DNA from: Octopus sinensis
Taxonomy: Eukaryota
NCBI RefSeq assembly: GCF_006345805.1
Contig: NC_043012.1
Span: forward strand, 28,024,001-28,088,000
Reading direction: 5' to 3'
DNA length: 64,000 nucleotides
Both the position numbers and the translations under genes were made by a program. Below are positions 40,750 to 53,498 of this stretch, piece after piece. Every line of letters begins with the position of its first letter. Position 1 is the first letter of the stretch. The notes under the pieces were generated by a model. It saw only the letters and a program-made list of their open reading frames with translations, did no database searches and was not told where the DNA came from.

Positions 40750-42500
40750 AATTTCTTTATTGGCCAGTGAGGGCCCAACACAAAAGGGACAGCACAAGGA
40801 CGGACAACACAAAGTGGGGACATAAAACATAAACGAAGGAATGAAATAAATTATATAATTAATGTGGGTGGAATGGTTACTCGAGTCCCACTCTCGAGTG
40901 GTAACATTTAACTATTTGTTTCTTCAATGTTTTAAATCAATTTAAATATTACAGTATCGGATCATGTATTGTGTCAAGTTCTCATATTCCATCACGGGAA
41001 GTAGAGAGTCACATCTCACCTCTGGTCCTAGTAGGTCTATGTCATTGGGCAAAAATTCCTTTTAGTTTTTCGTACCTGTCCATATCTATTAGTATGCATT
41101 TTATTATTATTAGGTAGTACCCTACAGGCATTTTAACTCTTATTGCTGATTTAATTTTTGAAATCTTTCTCTCGATGGCCGTACTCGTCACATAGGTCAT
41201 CAAATATGTCCTATTTTTGTGACTGGCCTGAGAGGTTTGTGTGTTTTTATGTTTCTGTTTGTGTATGTCTGTCTGGAGAATCTGGGCAGTTTGGGATGTT
41301 TGTGTTTTTCTTGGGTGTTTGCAGAGGTGAGGCAAACTGTGTGAGTGTTTTCTATATTTGTTTTCTGTGTGTTGGGTGCTTGTGTGTTACTTGTTTCTTT
41401 CTTTTTCTTTTTGTTCAGGTTCTTTGTGGGGGTGGGGAATTTAGTTCTTTTCTCTTTCTGCTCTGCATCTCCTGGAACTCTTTGTCCATACTTTTCACAT
41501 CTGTTGCTTCTATGGTTTCTTTTGCCCTCTCGACTCTGTTGCTGTTCTCGTTCTGATCCTCCTCCACCAGTGTCTGATTATTTTATAGGGGACAGCTAAT
41601 CTTTATGTGTCCCCTCCTTCTACAGTGGTAGCAGGTGGGAGGACTCCCCTTCACCACCACTCGCAACTTCACTTCTTCAGGCAGCTCAATTTCCTCCACT
41701 ATTTCTTCCAAGTCCTGTGGGGTAGCCTGGATTACAACTTCCGGGCCATAGTTCAATTGCTTTGTCCGAGTCATTTACATTATTTTTGGGTCCTCTTTTG
41801 TCCCCGTCAATATTGCTGCCAGCAACCATACCTCAGCTATCTCAGGGGGGCACCCTGCCAATCCTTACTCTCGTCACACATTTACCGAGATAGGTTGGCA
41901 AGAAAACCCATTCCTCTGTTCTCAATGTCATAGTGGAGTGCTTTATTGCCTCCTCTACGGCAGCAAAACGCACTTTCACTGTACTGAATCTTCTTCCTCT
42001 ACAAAAAAATTGAATGTTATTCCTGATTTCTTTTAGACACTCTTCTATGGCGTTTTCACTTGCCTTTTCTATTTTCTTGCTGTTGACTGATAGCTTTCTG
42101 TAAATCACCATTTTCTTATTGTTTTCATTTTTGTAATATCTACAGGGGGAGGGGATCAACTTTAGCCTTGATCCCTCTCTCTGAATTAAATCTTTGCCCC
42201 TCTTCAAAATTTCCAAACCCACCGTTACCTGTTTCTCTTCCAGCAGGTTAACTGTGGCTGTAACATTTTCGAGACTTGCTACAGAAGCATAGCTCCTAGC
42301 TCGAGTTTGCTCGGGTGCCTGCACCACTTCCATAGTTTAATACTATTTTCTTCCCTGAATGGGATCAAAAACAAGGCGAACAGTAAAACAATTAGTGAAC
42401 AATAGTTCAACAGTTTCAACAATAGTTAAACCTGTTAGGAAGACGCTTCAACGAAAGGTAACTTGCCTGCAACGGAGCCACAAGGGATTTATCAAGGAAA
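40750..42500 (-). mobile_element. ORF1-only non-LTR element with 15-bp TSD (frameshifted ORF1)
   Basis: ACTATCAAAACGCTC (40735-40749) / ACTACCAAAACGCTC (42501-42515); ORF pieces 41842-42333, 41583-41774 (CYHCRRRGHIKISC) and 41042-41335; ends GGCCAATAAAGAAATT; no RT or endonuclease. Confidence 0.85.
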
Positions 42501-42609
42501 ACTACCAAAACGCTCTCTCTGACTACTAGAGACCACTACTCTTTATAAGAGTTCCGCTTGTCCATTCTTCCAATTCTGTAGGAGTGCCAATGACACTCGC
42601 CATAATAGT

Positions 42610-42765
42610 TTCATTCATAAAACTACGGCTATGTTTGGGCACCGCCTTGAGAAATTTTTAGTCGAATGGATCGACTCCAGTACATTTTTTAAAGCTTGGT
42701 ACTTATTCCATCCGTATATTTTGCCGAACCGCTAAGTTACAACCAAGTACGGTTGTGAAGCGGTG
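42610..42765 (-). mobile_element. SINE family 2-related 3' fragment
   Basis: Matches 54340-54470 (gcaccgcc..ttagtcgaa..tacttatt..gccgaaccgctaagttac). Confidence 0.55.
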
Positions 42766-43420
42766 TGTGTGTATGTGTGTGGGAGAATAGACACAAAGAC
42801 AAATACACATCATAGGAATGTGTTTGTGTGTGATTTTACATTCAGTTGTGCAACTTGTAGTATTCTGTTTAAAGCCTGTCCACAGTATTCGGCAACCTGA
42901 TGCCAACAACTGTATGAAGGTATATGCCACAGGATCTACTTCAGGAATTCTTTCGAGCTTGTAAGGCTTATATATAAAAATAAACATGAGACAGAAAATG
43001 GAATTCACGATACTCTGTATTCAGAATCACGACGATCTTTTCGACCCATCATGCACAGGTGCCTTACAGGTGAGATGCTGTACAACTAATTGCCATGCAT
43101 TATAGTTGCAGCAGCGTCTCCTCAGGTGACTTTCCAAAAAGCACCCCACTTTCTACTTCCTGTTTCGCTTATTTCTATAACAATACATTTTGGTTAGTGA
43201 AGCATACCATACGTCTGTCACCTGTAAGGTACCGGTGCATGATGGGTGATTATGATTGCAGTGAGTCTGAAGAAAGTATCTCGTGAATTCTATTTTGTCA
43301 CTCGCATTTTTATACATACATACATACATACATGCATACATACATACACACACACACATACATACATACATACATACATACATACATACATACATACATA
43401 CATACATAATACATACATAC

Positions 43421-46122
43421 ATGATGATGATGGCCGTCCACTCGTGACCGAGGAAGACCATTGCCGACCTTCAGGAACATTGTGCGCCCTAGGACTAACT
43501 TATATTTTGCCTTTGCGGCTCCGTTGGTGGCTAATGAGCCCTGCTCTTGACAAGCATACACGACTGCAAACATTGCAGACCAAGCTTTCCCCATTCACTA
43601 TACGAGCCGTGCGCCGTCGCGCAGCTCGCTTAAGTTCTTCATGCTGGATTCGTGCTCTCTCAAAAGTGTTGATCCCCTCCTTAACCTGCTTCCTCCATCT
43701 GTGGCGATGACAGGCATTATTCTCTCAGTCAGTGTCCTGTATATCACAGGCATTTAATGAGGACTTGACACAGTCCTTAAATCGCAGCCTTGGTTTCTGT
43801 CGGTGTCTCCTTCCATTCACAAGTTCTCCATAGAGCATCTGCTTAGGAATCCTGCTATCCTTCATTCTAATAAGGTGTCCAGTCCAACGTAACCGGTGCT
43901 TGTGCACCATCGCCCCAATACTCAAGATATGAGCTCTCCGCAGGACCTGTGTGTCTGGAATTTTTGAGGTCTAGCCAACATTGCGAATGCGTCTGAGACA
44001 TCTCTGATGAAAGCGTTCAAGGACCCTTACCTGTCTTGCTGTGAAAATCATATCCATATCTACCAGATCGGAAGACACATTGAGATTCAGATAGGACATC
44101 ATTTACGAGACACCCATTCAGACGGGTAAGAAGAATATTTGCCAGAACTTGCCAGCAGCTAATAGTTGAGCAATACCTCTGTAGCTACCACACATTGTTC
44201 TGGCTCCTTTTCCTTTATATAGAGGAATAATTGCATCCTTCCAGTCCTTAGGGATTGTACCATCCCTCCAGACTGCACTAATAAGTTCATGAAGGGACTG
44301 TGTGATGTAATTTCCACCAAATCGCAAGACCTCAGCACAAATTATATCCTTTCCAGGTGCCCTACCAAGATTCAATTTACTTATTGATGCCATTTCTTCA
44401 TCTATTGAGGGCGGGGAGTCTAAGGAGCCAATTGTATGTCATTGTTGCATAGTATCAATCACTGTTTCATCCACAACTTCAGAGAAGTGTTCGATCCAGC
44501 GACCTGTGATTTCTGTTGATTTAGTAAACAGAGTGGAAGACTCCTTGGAAAGCAAAGGAGCTGATATGGAGCTCTTAGGTCCATAAGCTCGCTTCATAAG
44601 TCGGTAAAGCTTCTTGCTGTCATTTGCATCAGCAGCAGCCTAAACACCATGAGCAAGATCCTCCCACCAAGTGTCCTGCATCTTCCTGAGAGATCGCTGC
44701 AGTAGTGATTTTACACTGTTATAGTGGGCAAGTGCTAGACTTCGCTGCACAGTAGACAGTTCTCTGTGCAGCAACACACTGTGGGCATGGCGCTTTACCA
44801 CTAATAGTCACTGAATTTCAGCATCATTCTCATCAAACCAGTCTCTGTGTCTGGCAGTAACATACCCCAGTGTTTCGGCTGCACATTGAACAACCTGGTC
44901 TCGAAAATCTTCCCATGCTGCAGCAGTTTCAATGCTGGACAAGTGAGTCTGAAGCCCTTTCCTAACCACAACATCATATACTTTGTGGACATTTAGACGG
45001 CGAGGAATGCTGACTGGTCCTCTTTTCTCTTTCGCCCTAATCACCATTTGGAACTTTGCTCGCACCAGACTGTGGTCTGTCCAGCATTCTGATACATGCG
45101 ACATTACAGATGTCATAAATGTCGCGCTTGCGGATGATGACATAATCCAGCAAGTGCCAAACTTTGGACCTTGGATGCATCCACGTTGTTGTGTGATCAC
45201 CTTTGTGCACAAAATGAGTGCTTGCAATGTAAAGTCCATGTTCTTCGCAAAGCTCCAGTAGCATGAGACCATTGCTATTCATTTTCCCTACTCCAAAACG
45301 TCCTAGAGAGTTCCATGTTTGCCAGTCTGTTCCAAACCTGGCATTAAAATCCTCCAGTAGAATGACTTTATCAGAATTAGGGATTTTTCTAAGTATGGCT
45401 CTCAGCAGGGTATAAAAGATTGTTTTATCTTCATCACAGCTAGTCAAAGTAGGTGCATAAGCACTTATTAGAGCAGCAAACCGCTTACCTTTCAAGTGCA
45501 ACCGTAGCGTCATTATACGTTCATTTATAGGAACAGGGAGCTCTTCTAACTTCTTAAGGATATCAGATCGGACTGCAAAGCCAACACCAGCCTCTCTGCG
45601 CTCCTCCTTCTGCCTTCCTTTCCAAAAAAAGGTGTATCCACCTCCTACGTCTTCAAGCTGACCATCACCTTCTATACGAGTCTCTGAGAGTGCAGCTATA
45701 TCAATTTTATAACGGTTCAGCTCACGAGCAACAAGTGCAGTGCGTCTTTCAGGCTTGCAATCACTCTTGCTGTCCAACAGAGTGCACACATTCCAACATG
45801 AAATGTTTAAGTTCCGTCCAGATTTTATAGATAAAAGACTTTGTTTTTCGAGCGTCAGTCGCGCTAAACTGACCAGATATGGAAAGACAGGCAATTTTTG
45901 GTTCACCATTTCTGGAACCTCCCCGGTCTCCGGGTGAGCAGTGCCCTCTCCAAATGGAGCTGCTCAGACACCCATGCAGCAACCGAATCCTACTGCTGTC
46001 TTGGGCGACAAGGAAACAACTTTATATCTAGCATGGGCCGCCTACGTGCAAGTCGCTGACTACATACTTCCTACTCGTCAGGTCTGCATGCTTCACCACC
46101 TTCCCATCGCCGCAGGACTTCC
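43421..46122 (-). mobile_element. RTE-clade LINE: near-complete APE endonuclease and internally deleted RT, (CAT)n tail
   Basis: ORF 45037-45909: WNVCTLLD..RRTALVARELNRYKIDIAALSETR..GVGFAV..SAYAPT..EDFNAR; RT RAPGKD..IPKDWKDAII.LYKGKG; C-terminus RLRWTGHLIRM..RIPKQMLYGEL. Confidence 0.92.
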
Positions 46123-47281
46123 GAATAAAAAAAAAATATATACTAAAAATGAAGAAAATATATACTAAAAATAAGATAAATATATACTAAAAATAAGATA
46201 AATATATATAGAAAAAAAATGCACATATCGAGCAGAGGTCGGCAATGCCTGTGCAGAGTTTTAGGTCCAATAAGGCTTGCACAATACCTCACAGACCCTC
46301 TCCACTTTATTGACATTGTCCAGAGACAAGCCGGAACAAGTTGTCTGGTGCCAATATGAGTCGCAGGCTCAGGGATGTGGGAGCGCCGTGATCTCTAGCA
46401 CAAACCAAAGATCCCCAAAATGTCCAATGACATTCCCTGCATATCTGGTTTTATATCAGAGTGAAACTTCTCCTAGAGACATGCTTTAACAAAAGCTGAG
46501 GGGCGCCTCACTCCCAGTGGTCTTTCAGCACTCCGGACACCATCCCGGAATTTCTGCGTACCCGTGCTAACATTTATTGGATGGCTGTTGACTCTCAAGA
46601 GGTCCTCCGCCCTTTGACGGGTTTTATTTTTCATCCCGCAGGGTGTCCAGTAAACACCCTCCTCACCAAGCAGGCTTGGTGAGGTTGCCGGTTTAGTCGC
46701 CGACGACCCGACCATGCAACAGGTTGTACTTGGTTACATGTTACTAGTAGCACTCGAAAGTGACCTGACATAACATACATACATAAATACATAAATACAT
46801 ACATACATAAATACATAAATACATAAATACATACATATGAACTCGGAACCGTTTGGTTTGAAGCAAACTTCTTACCATACAGCCTCGCTTGTGCCTCCAC
46901 GCTCACACAAACACACATATCATCTGAGTATGTGTATATGTGCATGCAAGAGTATGTATGTATGTGCATGCATAGCATTTTAAATTGCGAAGACAGATGT
47001 AAGGTGGGTTCAAAAGTCTGAAACGGATAAAAAAGGATGAAGACAGTTGCTGGCAGCTGGGAAAAACTAATGTTACAAGATTATGAAATGAAAAAAACAC
47101 GCACCTAAGCTTACTTCTCGGTATCACGTTGTGTGGGTGTCATATCTGACTTTTGAGAGTGTGTGAGTATGTGTGGTGTGTGTGTGTGTGTGTGTGTGTG
47201 TGAGTATGAGTGTACGCGCGCGCGTGTGCGCGTGTGTGTTTCTGTACGTTTATTATAATGTACATATACGCCGAATGTCTG

Positions 47282-47364
<83 letters not shown>

Positions 47365-47451
47365 GTCGGTTCTAAGCTGATGAAAATATAGTGTATGTAT
47401 TTCTGCATTCAGTTCCACTTCTCCGTTTTAAAGTCAAATACGTACTTGCAT

Positions 47452-47920
47452 ATGTATGTCATTATTCAATTTTATTTCAAAATTTCTTGCCAATGAAGAA
47501 AGATACAGCTTTGAACCTAGATCCAAGATTCCCTCATTGGAATTTTAACATCAGCAAGGAGCTTTTTGTATGTATGTATCTATGTATGTATGCATGTATG
47601 TATGCGTGCAGATTTGTATGTTTTGTTTAATGTATGTCTTCTCATGCATATAGTTACATATCTAGACATGCTCATATATATTTAAATGATAAACTTCTGG
47701 AACGTTTTACAGATTTTTACAGTTCCAGTGATGGATTGGATCTGTATTCTTCGAATCAGCTTTCTTCTTTCCAGTGTTGTGAAGCTTAATTTCTCAAGAT
47801 TGATATGTAGGCAGTGTGCTAATATCCTAGCTCTCCAAAAATTACAGGTATGAACCTGAACTTGTCATCTGGATAGAGTAACTGCAGATTTCTCTAAACT
47901 TCAGCGTAGTTATTTTCTTT
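47452..47920 (-). mobile_element. RLE non-LTR element 3' end, copy 1 (internal (CATA)n in the 3' UTR)
   Basis: Colinear with 48022-48620. Confidence 0.75.
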
Positions 47921-47923
47921 TAC

Positions 47924-47958
<35 letters not shown>

Positions 47959-48021
47959 TGTATGTATGTATGTATGTATGTATGTATGTATGTATGTATG
48001 TAGGTATGTATGTATGTATGC

Positions 48022-49020
48022 ATTTATGCCATTATTCAGTTTATTTCAAGACTTGTTGCTAGTAGAGAAAGAACCGGTTTCTAACCTAGATCCAAGTCTC
48101 CTTCATTAGAATTTCAACATCAATAACAGGGTATTTTTGCTTATATGTTGTATGTACGTACGTACGTATGTATGTATGTATGTATGTATGTATGTATGTA
48201 TGTATGTATGTATGTATGTATGTATGTATGTATGTATGTATGTATGTATGTATGTATGTATGTATGTATGTATGTATGTATGTATGTATGTATGTATGTA
48301 TGTATGTATGTATGTATGTATGCGTGTGTGTGTATGTATGTATTTGCAGATTTGTATATTTTATGTATGTATTCTCATGCATATACTTGCATATCTAGAC
48401 ATGCTCATATATACTTAAATGATAAACTTCTGGAAAGTTTTACAGATTTTTACAGTTCTAGTGATGGAGAAGTCTAATTTCTCAAGATTGGTATTTAGGC
48501 AATGTGTTAAATATCTCAGGGCCCCAATGATTACAAGTATGGACCTGAATTTGTAATCTGGATAGAGTAACTGCAGATTTCTCAATAGTTCAGCATGGGT
48601 GTTCTCTTTTTCACTGATCTTCAGCTTTATGTTAACATCCGCTGGGCAGATATTTTCCACAACTGTGCACAGATTCTTTTCCCTATCCCAAATCATTATA
48701 TCAGGTCTGTTGTGCTTACATTTTATTGAGGTCTTCACTGGTACATTCTACCTGTTTTCCTTTCTATTATGAATTGCTATGGCTTCTACCATATTGTGGT
48801 TTTTTATTTCTTTGTCCTTGGGATTATCCTTCAGACGGATTTCATTACAGAGTGTCTTAGCTACAACGACATGTCTCATCGGTAGATAATACCGTGATGA
48901 AATTTTCAGACAACTGCTTATGATGCGGGTGATATCTTGAATGTGAACTCCACAAAGTCTGCATCGGTTGTCACATTTTACTGCTTTTCTTGCATTTCTA
49001 TCTCCTTTTTGCTTCAAGTA
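48022..49020 (-). mobile_element. RLE non-LTR element 3' fragment (CCHC + PD-(D/E)xK), copy 2, between (TATG)n tracts
   Basis: CRLCGVHIQDITRIISSC..YYLPMRH; HNRPDIMIWD..ENICPAD..KENTH..IIGAL. Confidence 0.85.
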
Positions 49021-49098
49021 CTTGGTTGATTTTTCCTGTTCCTGGATTGCAAAGACATACCTTTCAAAGTGAGAGGTAGTAATATATGTATGTATATA

Positions 49099-49184
<86 letters not shown>

Positions 49185-49827
49185 TATCTGTATTATTATA
49201 TGATTGAACGCCACGCATCCTCTTCCAAGTAAGTTTTATCCTAAGTCTGATACGCACTCTATACGATATTTTACTCTTTCGTTTTTCTCTCTTTTACTCT
49301 TTCTTATTCTTTTACCTCCTCTTCTCCAACTATTCTACCCTATTATTGTGTCACTCTCACTCCCTCACTCCTCCTCCCTTGCTCACGTGGCTCCCACGTG
49401 GCCATCGGCCATTTTCTTTCTCTCTCTCTCTCTCCGTTGTAGCTGGAACAAGGAAGACGTTTTCTTGTTTGTCTCGTGTCCTAGCTTTATTTACGCATTC
49501 GCCACCACAACCTCGTTTAGGTTTAGCAACCTTTCCTGTTTGTTTTCACTCTCCTATTTGTGTTACCAATTTTAACTCTCCGCAAAATCCCAAATTTTAT
49601 TTAATTTGCTTTGCGGGAGCAACTGTTTTGTCGAAAGCGTAAATTGTTGTTAAATGCTCGAAATACGAGAGTAGAAAAACAACCAACAACTGATAAAGGG
49701 TCGTTTTTTAATTTTTTTATTATTTCCATTTGTGTCTTACCATTCGAAAGAATAGTTCATGTTCCAGGTACTCGTGCTTCGTATATTTTTTTGTTGTATA
49801 CGTTTCCCAACGTCCTGTGGCCACATA

Positions 49828-49890
<63 letters not shown>

Positions 49891-49942
49891 GTATAGATGT
49901 AAGTATGTACATATACGTATGTATATATGTATATATATATAT

Positions 49943-50278
49943 AAAATAAATATAAGAGAGTGGTCACTATATTGCTCACTCTAGCACCAGTTAATCCAAA
50001 AGGTTTCAACCACGAAAATACATGATTCCCATGAAAGCCAGTACGACTGTTAGCTCACACGGACAGGGCAAGTAAAAAATAACAAAAATACAGATTATTT
50101 TGGGACAATTGTTTCGCTATTAATGAATTAAATGTAATATTACTTACAAAAAAATCCATTTGTAGCTCGTCAGCCAAGACTGGCTTTCATGGGAATCATG
50201 TATTTTCGTGGTTGAAACCTTTTGGATTAACTGGTGCTAGAGTGAGCAATATAGTGACCACTCTCTTATATTTATTTT
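49943..50278. repeat. Foldback element: perfect 100-bp inverted repeats with a 136-bp spacer
   Basis: 49943-50042 is the exact reverse complement of 50179-50278 (checked base by base). Confidence 0.95.
50100..50177 (-). ncRNA. Minimal type-I hammerhead ribozyme
   Basis: Minus strand: TTGG-CTGACGA-GCTA-(AT-rich loop)-TAGC-GAAAC-AATT-GTC-CCAA; all core nucleotides canonical. Confidence 0.88.
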
Positions 50279-50399
50279 GTAAAAATATTATAATATGTTA
50301 TAAAATATTATAATAATCCAGGTTTCTCGTTGCACTAGGCCACTTGGTGTTGAATAAATATACTATTAAATTAGTATCTAATTCTCTCACCCTTATTAA

Positions 50400-50440
<41 letters not shown>

Positions 50441-50481
50441 ATTATATGATTGAACGCCACTCATCCTTTTCCAAGTAAGTT

Positions 50482-50589
<108 letters not shown>

Positions 50590-50624
50590 AATATATAATA
50601 TAGATATGTATATTATATATACAT

Positions 50625-50675
<51 letters not shown>

Positions 50676-51003
50676 TTGGGTTGTCCGGAAAGTCCATGCC
50701 GATTTTTAAAGGAAAGGAAAAGGTCAATAAATACTTGCCATTACATTTTTAATCAACCAAATATGAACCATTTTGTTGCACAATGCGTCTCCATCTTTCC
50801 TTTAAATTTCTTATCTTCCATTTTAAAGGGTTACAGAATTAACACAGGTTATAGGAATATAAACCTTCTTCCACAAAAAGATAGCTTAAACTGTGCTCTA
50901 AATGGAAGTGTAGTCAAATCCTATTTTATGGACTCAACCATGTTCTAAAATAAGTCGAAAGGTAAGCTACTACAAATCGGCACGAACTTTCCGGACAATC
51001 CAA
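50676..51003 (-). mobile_element. Internally deleted mariner (MITE-like, 328 bp)
   Basis: 30-bp TIRs with 3 mismatches (TTGGGTTGTCCGGAAAGT...), TA at 51004-51005; ERWRRIVQQNGSYLVD* transposase tail on the minus strand. Confidence 0.85.
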
Positions 51004-51125
51004 TATGCATGTATGTATTATCTATCTAGCTATATGTGTGTATGTGTGTGTGTACCGATTTCACATATCGTCGTTTGCTTAGCATCTGAAAAAGAATATA
51101 TTTATTTGACTTGTCCTCTAATGAG

Positions 51126-51191
<66 letters not shown>

Positions 51192-51452
51192 ATGCTTGGA
51201 GAACCCATATGTGTTTTAGCTGATGAGTACGGGCCACTTGTATTTGCTGCAATATTTGCAGCTTTTAATAAAGCTTGTCTTGGTATGAAACAATTGTACT
51301 AAAAAAACTAATCCATTCTTGTTGCTTTTTTCTCGTTTATAATCACCCCACATTATTGTATGGTTAATACCATATAGTTTTCTGGTGCATCTAAGTTACG
51401 TACCGCATTCAAGTGAATTCATTAGAACTGACTTGAATCTTAATTGCTTTTA

Positions 51453-51602
<150 letters not shown>

Positions 51603-51619
51603 GTCAATGAATTTGACTA

Positions 51620-52070
51620 GATTGTTAAAAGCCACCTACATTGCTAGAAATAAGAGCAAAAACTCTCTCATACAGTAGTTAACGCACATGAATATACAAA
51701 TGAATATATACACTAACATGACTGTCCGAAAAATACCGACCGAGAATTCTTAAGACTGACGTCATTTTCGGTAATTTCCGTTGGCATCATTAGTTAAACC
51801 AGCTCGGTGTTCGGCTTTTTCCGGACCTGTTTCTCTATTAGTATATATGTTTTTGTCATCCAAATTAAGGGATGATTTAGCCGGCTTAACTGAAGATGGC
51901 AACGGAAATTGCCGAAACTGACGTTAGTTTTAAGAATTCTTGGTCGGCATTTTTCGGACAATTATGGTCCTTGTTAGTGTATATGTCTTCATTCACGTGT
52001 GTTAACTACAGTATTAGAGCATCTTAGCTCTTATTTCTCGCAATGTAGGTGTTTTTAAAACCCTAATCCT
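51620..52070. repeat. ~450-bp imperfect palindrome whose arms each contain a hammerhead-like motif
   Basis: Arms at ~51620-51803 and ~51878-52070 are reverse-complementary. Confidence 0.85.
51885..51934 (+). ncRNA. Type-I hammerhead-like ribozyme (GUU cleavage triplet)
   Basis: CTTAA-CTGAAGA-T-GGCAA-CGGAAA-TTGCC-GAAAC-TGACGTTA-GTT-TTAAG; mutated antisense twin at 51749-51797. Confidence 0.7.
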
Positions 52071-52319
52071 TTTTGGTGAAATATTGCAACCTACTGTTTA
52101 TATTAATTTTGCGTATACACATTAACAAATCGCTAAATTACCTCCGTCGCCAGTTAAAGAGCGTACTCAGTTGATGATATGCTCGCTCAAAATTATCGTC
52201 GTAGATATTGCACATAAAGACAAGATATTTGCATTTGTATTTACAAACAATTTTAATTAAACGCAGCAGATATGTTCTGCAGTACAAGGGGCAACAGCAT
52301 TAGTGATACTTTGCCCTGA

Positions 52320-53462
52320 GCAGAAACTACAGGAAAGTTTCAAAGGTTTTACAAAGTCTTCTAAATTCATCGCAACATTGGAAACCTTTTCGTAGTGTCA
52401 GCCAGTATCTCAGGGTCGTGAGCGTTTCGCTCAGCCTGCACACTTTCTTTTGAGGATATCCAGGCTCCGAGATTTCGCTGGATTGAATTTCATGTGTGAC
52501 TATGAGGCCATATTTTCTAACGATCTCAGTGTCCACCCTTCGGCTGATGGTGTCATAACAATTATGTTGTCAAGGAAAGCCCTACAGACTAGAGTTCCTG
52601 TGCCTTTGCCAATTTCGGAAGCTCTCGACAGTTCACCTTCCACCTCCATCACTAAGTTCATGGCCGCAACAAATAGTAACACAGAAATTGTTCACCCTGT
52701 CATAATGCCCTTTTCCAGCCTCTGCCATTTAGTGGTAAAAATTTCCGACGGTGAATCCATGTGGAATATTATGGGTTCGACTACTTCTGTTGTTACTTGG
52801 TAATGATCCAATACACTAGTAGCTAGTGGGGCACTCTTGGGTACGCTTTGGCAAGATCCAGTCGTAGAACGATAAGAGAGTCGTTATTCTTCCTCACCCC
52901 CATAATGACATGGCTGATCCCTCATGTGTTCGAGCCACCCATATTAGCTTGGAATTTCTCCTTTTGGAAACTTATGCCGATGCACTCGTTGGTCAGGAGA
53001 TATGATGTTAACATTTTGTAATGATGGTCCAAAATATCTTTCACTGTAAAAGAGATCTTTCCAAAATCGTCAATCTCTGCAGAGTTTTCTGGAGGAAAGC
53101 AGCTCTCAGCAAATGTCTAGTGTCGGGGTTCCTGCTTCTTTTTCCAGATCGAAAGTAAAGTTCTTGCTATCCTCAGGAGCAGTAGGCTGCGCAGTTTTTG
53201 TAAATTTTATAAGTTGTGCTAGATGGCCCTGGAGTAGAATCTGCGCGGGCTTTTCCCACCACAGTCCCCAATTCGTCGAAAGTGAAGTCTGTCATGATGC
53301 AAGGAGTGTGAAAAGGGAAATTTTCCTCTTCCTGACGGAATGTCTCTTCTGGGGTCACTGTCCATTGCTGTTCCTCTGCTCTTCATCTCTTCCTTGGAGC
53401 ATATTAACTTCCGGCTTTTTGGTTTTCTGAGGAGGTCTCTCTTTCTCTTTCTTTTTTCTCTC

Positions 53463-53498
<36 letters not shown>

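Noticed and set aside
46473-46715. 80-aa GC-richer ORF
   Set aside because: No recognisable domain; probably the UTR of an interspersed repeat, but I cannot support an assignment.
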